Part shown: positions 58,501 to 64,000 of the stretch, piece after piece
Layout: each line of letters opens with the position of its first letter
Numbering within the stretch: position 1 is the first letter of the stretch
Assembly (NCBI GenBank): GCA_964016885.1
Contig: OZ024740.1
Span: 438,836,001 to 438,900,000, forward strand
DNA length: 64,000 nt
Source: Eledone cirrhosa
Lineage: Eukaryota
Reading direction: 5' to 3'
Program-made: the position numbers and the translations under genes
Notes under the pieces: generated by a model
Database searches by the model: none
Seen by the model: the letters and a program-made list of their open reading frames with translations, nothing else
Told to the model about the DNA's origin: nothing

Positions 58501-61500
58501 GGTACACTCCTCCACTGTACATAAACAATACGGTATGGTACACTTCACAAATGTACATAGACTGTATGGTATGGTACACTTCACAACTGTACATAGACTG
58601 TACGGTTTGGTACACTTTACAACTGTACATAGACTGTATGGTATGGTACACTTTACAACTGTACATAGACAGTATGGTATGGTACACTTCGCAACTGTAC
58701 ATAGACAGTACGGTAATGTACACTTCACAACTGTACATAGACTGTACAGTGTGGAACACTTCACAACTGTACATAGACAGTACGGTATTGTACACTTCAC
58801 AACTGTTCATGGACTGTATGGTGTGGTATGGTATGGTGCTCTTTACAACTGTACAATGACTGTATGGTATGGTACACTTCACAACTGTACTAAGACAGTA
58901 CGGTATTGTACACTTCACAACTATAAATAGACTGTATGGTATGGTATGGTACACTTCACAACTGTACATAGACTGTACGGTATGGTACACTTCACAACTG
59001 TACATAGGCAGTATGGTATAGTACACTTCACAACTATAAATAGACTGTATGGTATGGTACACTTCACCACTGTACGTAAACTGTACGGTATGGTACACTT
59101 CGCAATTGTACATAGACTGTACGGTGTAGTATGGTACACTTCACAAATGTACATAGACTGTATGATATGGACACTTTCCAAATGTACATAGACTGTACGC
59201 TATGGTACACTTCACAACTCTACATAGACTGTATGGTAAGGTACACTTCACAACTGTACATAGACTGTACGGTGTGTTACACTTCATAACTGTACATAGA
59301 CTGTATGGTATCGTACACTCCACAACTGTACATAAACAGTAAGGTATAGTACACTTGACAAATGTACATAGACTGTATGGTATGGTATACTTCACAATTG
59401 TACATAGACTGTATGGTATGGTACACTTCACAACTGTACATAGACTGTACGGTATGGTACACTTCACAACTGTACATAGACTGTATGGTATGGTACACTT
59501 CACAACTGTACATAGACTGTATGGTGTGGTACACTTCACAATTATACATAGACTGTATGGTATGGTACACTTCACAATTGTACATAGACAGTATGGTATT
59601 GTACATTTCACAACTGTACGTATACTGTATGGTATGGTATACTTCACAACAGTACATAGACAGTATGGTATGGTACACTTCGCAACTGTACATAGACAGT
59701 ACGGTATGGTACACTTCACAACTGTACATAGACAGTACGGTGTGGTACACTTCACAACTGTACATAGAGAGTATGGTACGGAATGGTACACTTCAAAACA
59801 GTACAGAGACAGTACGGTATGGTACACTTCCCAACTGTACATAGATTGTATGGTATGGTACACTTCCCAACTGTACATAAACTGTATGGTATGGTATACA
59901 TCACAACTGTACATATACAGTATGGTATGGTACACTTCACAACTGTACATAGACTGTACGGTTTGGTACAGTTCACAACTGTACATAGACTGTATGGTAT
60001 GGTACACTTCACAACTGTACATAGACAGTATGGTGTGGTACACTTCACAACTGTACATAGACAGTAAGGTATTGTACACTTCACAACTGTACATATACTG
60101 TATGGTATGGTATGGTACACTTCACAACTGTACATATAGTGTGCGGTGTAGTAGACTATACAACTGTACATAGACAGTATGGTATTGTACACTTCACAAC
60201 TGTACATAGACTGTATGGTACACTTCACAACTGTACACAGAGTGTACGGTATGGTACACTTCACAACTGTACATAGACTGTATGGTATGGTACACTTCAC
60301 AACTCTACATAGACTGTACGGTATTGTACACTTCACAACCGTACATAGACTGTATGGTATGGTACACTTCCCAACTGTACATAGAGTGTATGGTATGGTA
60401 CACTTCGCAACTGTACATAGACTGTACGGTGTTGTATGGTACACTTCACAAATGTACATATAGAGTATCGTATGATACACTTCACAACTGTACATATACT
60501 GTATGGTATGGCGGTACACTTCACAACTGTACATAGACTGTACTGTATGATACATTTCACAACTGTACGAAGACAGTATGGTATGTTACACTTCACAACT
60601 GTACATAGACTGTACTGTATGATACATTTCACAACTGTAAAAAGACAGTATGGTATGGTACACTTCACAACTGTACATAGACTGTACAGTATGGTACACT
60701 TCACAACTGTACATAGAGAGTATGGTATGGTACACTTCACAAATGTTCATAGACTGTATGGTATGGTAGACTTCACAATTGTACATACACTGTATGGTAT
60801 GGTACACTTCACAACTGTACATAGACTGTACGCTGTGGTACAGTTCACAACTGTACATAGACAGTATGGTATGGTACACTTCACAACTGTACATAGACTG
60901 TAGGGTATGGTACACTTCACAACTGTACATAGGCAGTCTGGTATAGTACACTTCACAACAGTACATATACTGTAAGGTATGGTACACTTCACAACTCTAC
61001 ATAGACTGTACGGTGTGGTATGGTACACTTCACAAATGTACATAGACTGTATGATATGGACACTTCCCAAATGTACATAGACTGTACGGTTTGGTACACT
61101 TCGCAACTCTATATAGACTGTATGGCAAGGTACACTACACAACTGTACATAGACTGTACGATATTGTACACTTCATAACTCTACATAGATTGTATGGTAT
61201 GGTACACTTCACATATCTACATAGACTGTATGGTATGGTATACTTCACAATTGTACATAGACTGTATGGTATAGTACAGTTCACAACTGTTCATAGACTG
61301 TATGGTATGGTACACTTCACAACTGTACATAGACTGTATGGTATAGTACACTTCACAATTGTACATAGACAGTATGGTACACTTCACAAGTGTACACAGA
61401 CTGTACGGTATGGTACACTTCACAACTGTACATAGATAGTACGGTGTGGTACATTTCACAACTGTACATATAGTGTACGGTATGGTACACTTCACATCTG

Positions 61501-64000
61501 TACATAGACAGTATGGTATGGTACACTAACAACTGTACGTAGACTGTATGGTATGGTACACTTCACAACTATACATAGACTGTACGGTGTGGTACACTTC
61601 AGAACTGTACATAGACTGTATGGTATGGTACACTTCACAACTGTACATAGACAGTATGGTATGGTACACTTCACAACTGTACATAGACTGTATGGTATTG
61701 TACACTTCACAACAGTACATAGACAGTATGGTATGGTACACTTCGGAACTGTACATAGACAGTACGGTATGGTACACTTCACAACTGTACATAGACAGTA
61801 CGGTATTGTACACTTCACAACTGTTCATAGACAGTATGGTATGGTACACTTCGCAACTGTACATAGACTGTACGGTGTGGTACACTTCACAATTGTACAT
61901 AGACTGTATGGTATGGTACACTTCACAACTGTACATAGACTATATGGTATGGTACACTTCACGACTGTACATAGACAGTATGGTATGGTACACATCGCAA
62001 CTGTACATAGACTGTACGGTATGGTACACTTCACAACTCTACATAGACTGTATGGTAAGGTACACTTCACAATTTTACATAGATTGTACCGTATGGTACA
62101 CTTCATAACTGTACATAGACTGTATGATAAGGTACACTTCACAACTGTACATAGACTGTATGGTATGGTACACTTCACAACTGAACATAGACTGTACGGT
62201 GTGGTACACTTCACAACAGTACATAGACTGTATGGTATGGTACACTTCACAACTATACATATACTGTATGGTATGGTACACTTCACAACTGTACATAGAC
62301 TGTATGGTATGGTACACCTCACAACTGTACATAGACTGTACGGTATGGTACACTTCACATCTGTACATAGACTGTATGGTATGGTACACTTCGCAACTGT
62401 ACATAGAGTGTACGGTGTGGTATGGTACACTTCACAAATGTACATAGACTGTATGATATGGACACTCTCCAAATGTACATAGACTGTACGGTATGGTACA
62501 CTTCAGAACTGTAAAAAGACAGTATGTATGGTACACTTCACAATTGTACATAGACAGTACGGTATGATATATTTCACAACTGTACAAAGACAGTATGGTA
62601 TGGTACACTTCACAACTGTGCATAGACTGTACGGTATGGTACACTTCACAACTGTACATAGAGAGTATGGTATGGTACACTTCACAACTGTACATAGATT
62701 GTATGGTATGATACACTTCACAATTGTACATAGACTGTACGGTATGGTACACTTCACATCTGTACATAGACTGTACGCTATGGTACACTTCACAACTGTA
62801 CATAGACAGTATGGTATGGTACACTTCACAACTGTACAGAGACTGTACGGTATGGTACACTTCACAACTGTACATAGACTGTATGGTATGGTACATTTCA
62901 CAACTGTACATAGACTGTACGGTGTGGTACACTTCACAACTGTGCATAGATTGTATGGTATGGTACACTTCACAACTGTACATAGACAGTATGGTATGGT
63001 ACACTTCACAACTGTACATAGACTGTATGGTATGGTACACTTCACAACAGTACATAGACAGTACAGTGTACAACACTTCACAACTGTACATAGACAGTAC
63101 GGTATTGTACACTTCACAACTGTTCATAGACTGTATGGTATGGTATGGTGCTCTTTTCAACTGTACAATGACTGTATGGTATTGTACACTTCACAAATGT
63201 ACTAAGACAGTACGGTATTGTACACTTCACCACTGTACATAGACTGTATGGTATGGTATGGTACATTTCACAACTGTACATAGACTGTATGGTATGGTAC
63301 ACTTCACAACTATACATAGACAGTACGGTGTGGTACACTTCACAACTGTACATAGACAGTATGGTATGGTACACTTCACAACTGTAATTAGAGAGTACGG
63401 TGTGGTTCACTTCACAAGTGTACATATACTGTAAGGTATGGTACACTTGACAATTGTACATAGACAGTATGGTCTGGTACTCTTCACATCTGTACATAGA
63501 CAGTATGGTATGGTACACTTCACAACTGTACATAGACTGTATGATATGGTACACTTCCCAGCTGTACATAGACAGTATGGTATGATACACTTCGCAACTG
63601 TACATAGACAGTATGGTATGGTACACTTCACAACTGTGCAAAGACAGTATGGTATGGTACTCTTCACAACTGTACATAGACAGTACGGTATGGCACACTT
63701 TGCAACTGTACATAGACAGTATTGTATGGTACACTTCACAACTGTACATAGACTGTATGGTATGGTACACTTCACAGCTGTACATAGACTCTAAGGTATG
63801 GTACACTTCACAACTGTACATAGACTGTATGGTATGCTACACTTCACAACTGTACATAAACAGTATGGTATGGTACACTTCACAAATGTACATAGACTGT
63901 ATGGTATGGTATACTTCACAATTGTACATAGACTGTATGGTATGGCACACTTCACAACTGTACATAGACTGTATGGTATGGTACATTTCACAACTGTACA
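25521..64000. repeat. 36-bp satellite DNA array (at least 38.5 kb, roughly 1,000 monomers, runs off the window end) with higher-order structure
   Basis: Consensus ACTGTACATAGAC[T/A]GTA[T/C]GGTATGGTACACTTCACA, head-to-tail in a single orientation, with no insertions seen. There are 31- and 41-bp variants from -/+GGTAT. Large duplications are evident from repeated ORF translations. Confidence 0.99.

Noticed and set aside
25383-63991. Hundreds of ORFs with 12-aa repeats (MVHFTTVHRLYG, VKCTIPYSLCTV, MYSCEVYHTIQS)
   Set aside because: 36 bp equals 12 codons and the consensus lacks stops in four frames. Frequent 5-bp indels and stops shift frames freely, so there is no sign of coding constraint.
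25521-64000. CRISPR array (36-bp repeat length)
   Set aside because: The repeats are directly head-to-tail with no unique spacers, there are no cas genes, and the context is eukaryotic.
25521-64000. Telomeric repeat (GGTAT runs)
   Set aside because: This is not TTAGGG-like, and the pentamers are only a sub-motif of the 36-mer.

Overview
This is eukaryotic (animal) DNA, not prokaryotic. The tRNA-derived SINEs and the very high (TA)n/(CA)n density suggest an octopod or other cephalopod genome (inference). There is no intact host gene. Positions 1-25.5 kb are a transposon and microsatellite mosaic. It holds two coding Penelope-like retroelements (PLE, RT + GIY-YIG) at 6.1-8.2 kb and 10.1-12.9 kb, the second forming a 2.8-kb foldback. 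It also holds a 5'-truncated L1/Tx1 LINE, several SINEs, and a non-autonomous Helitron inserted into a 41-bp tandem array. Most notably, many short non-coding elements sit beside or between (TA)n tracts. Each is terminally redundant and/or folded back on itself, and most carry a minimal type-I hammerhead-ribozyme-like motif. Several have circularly permuted unit lengths (about 322, 460, 525 and 662 bp) resembling retrozyme or circular-RNA templates mobilised by PLE RT. Positions 25,521-64,000 are an uninterrupted 36-bp satellite with nested higher-order duplications (offsets 1773, 2466, 4091, 7072, 9603 and 10725 bp). All ORFs there and in the microsatellites are repeat artefacts. All alignments and RNA folds were done by eye.
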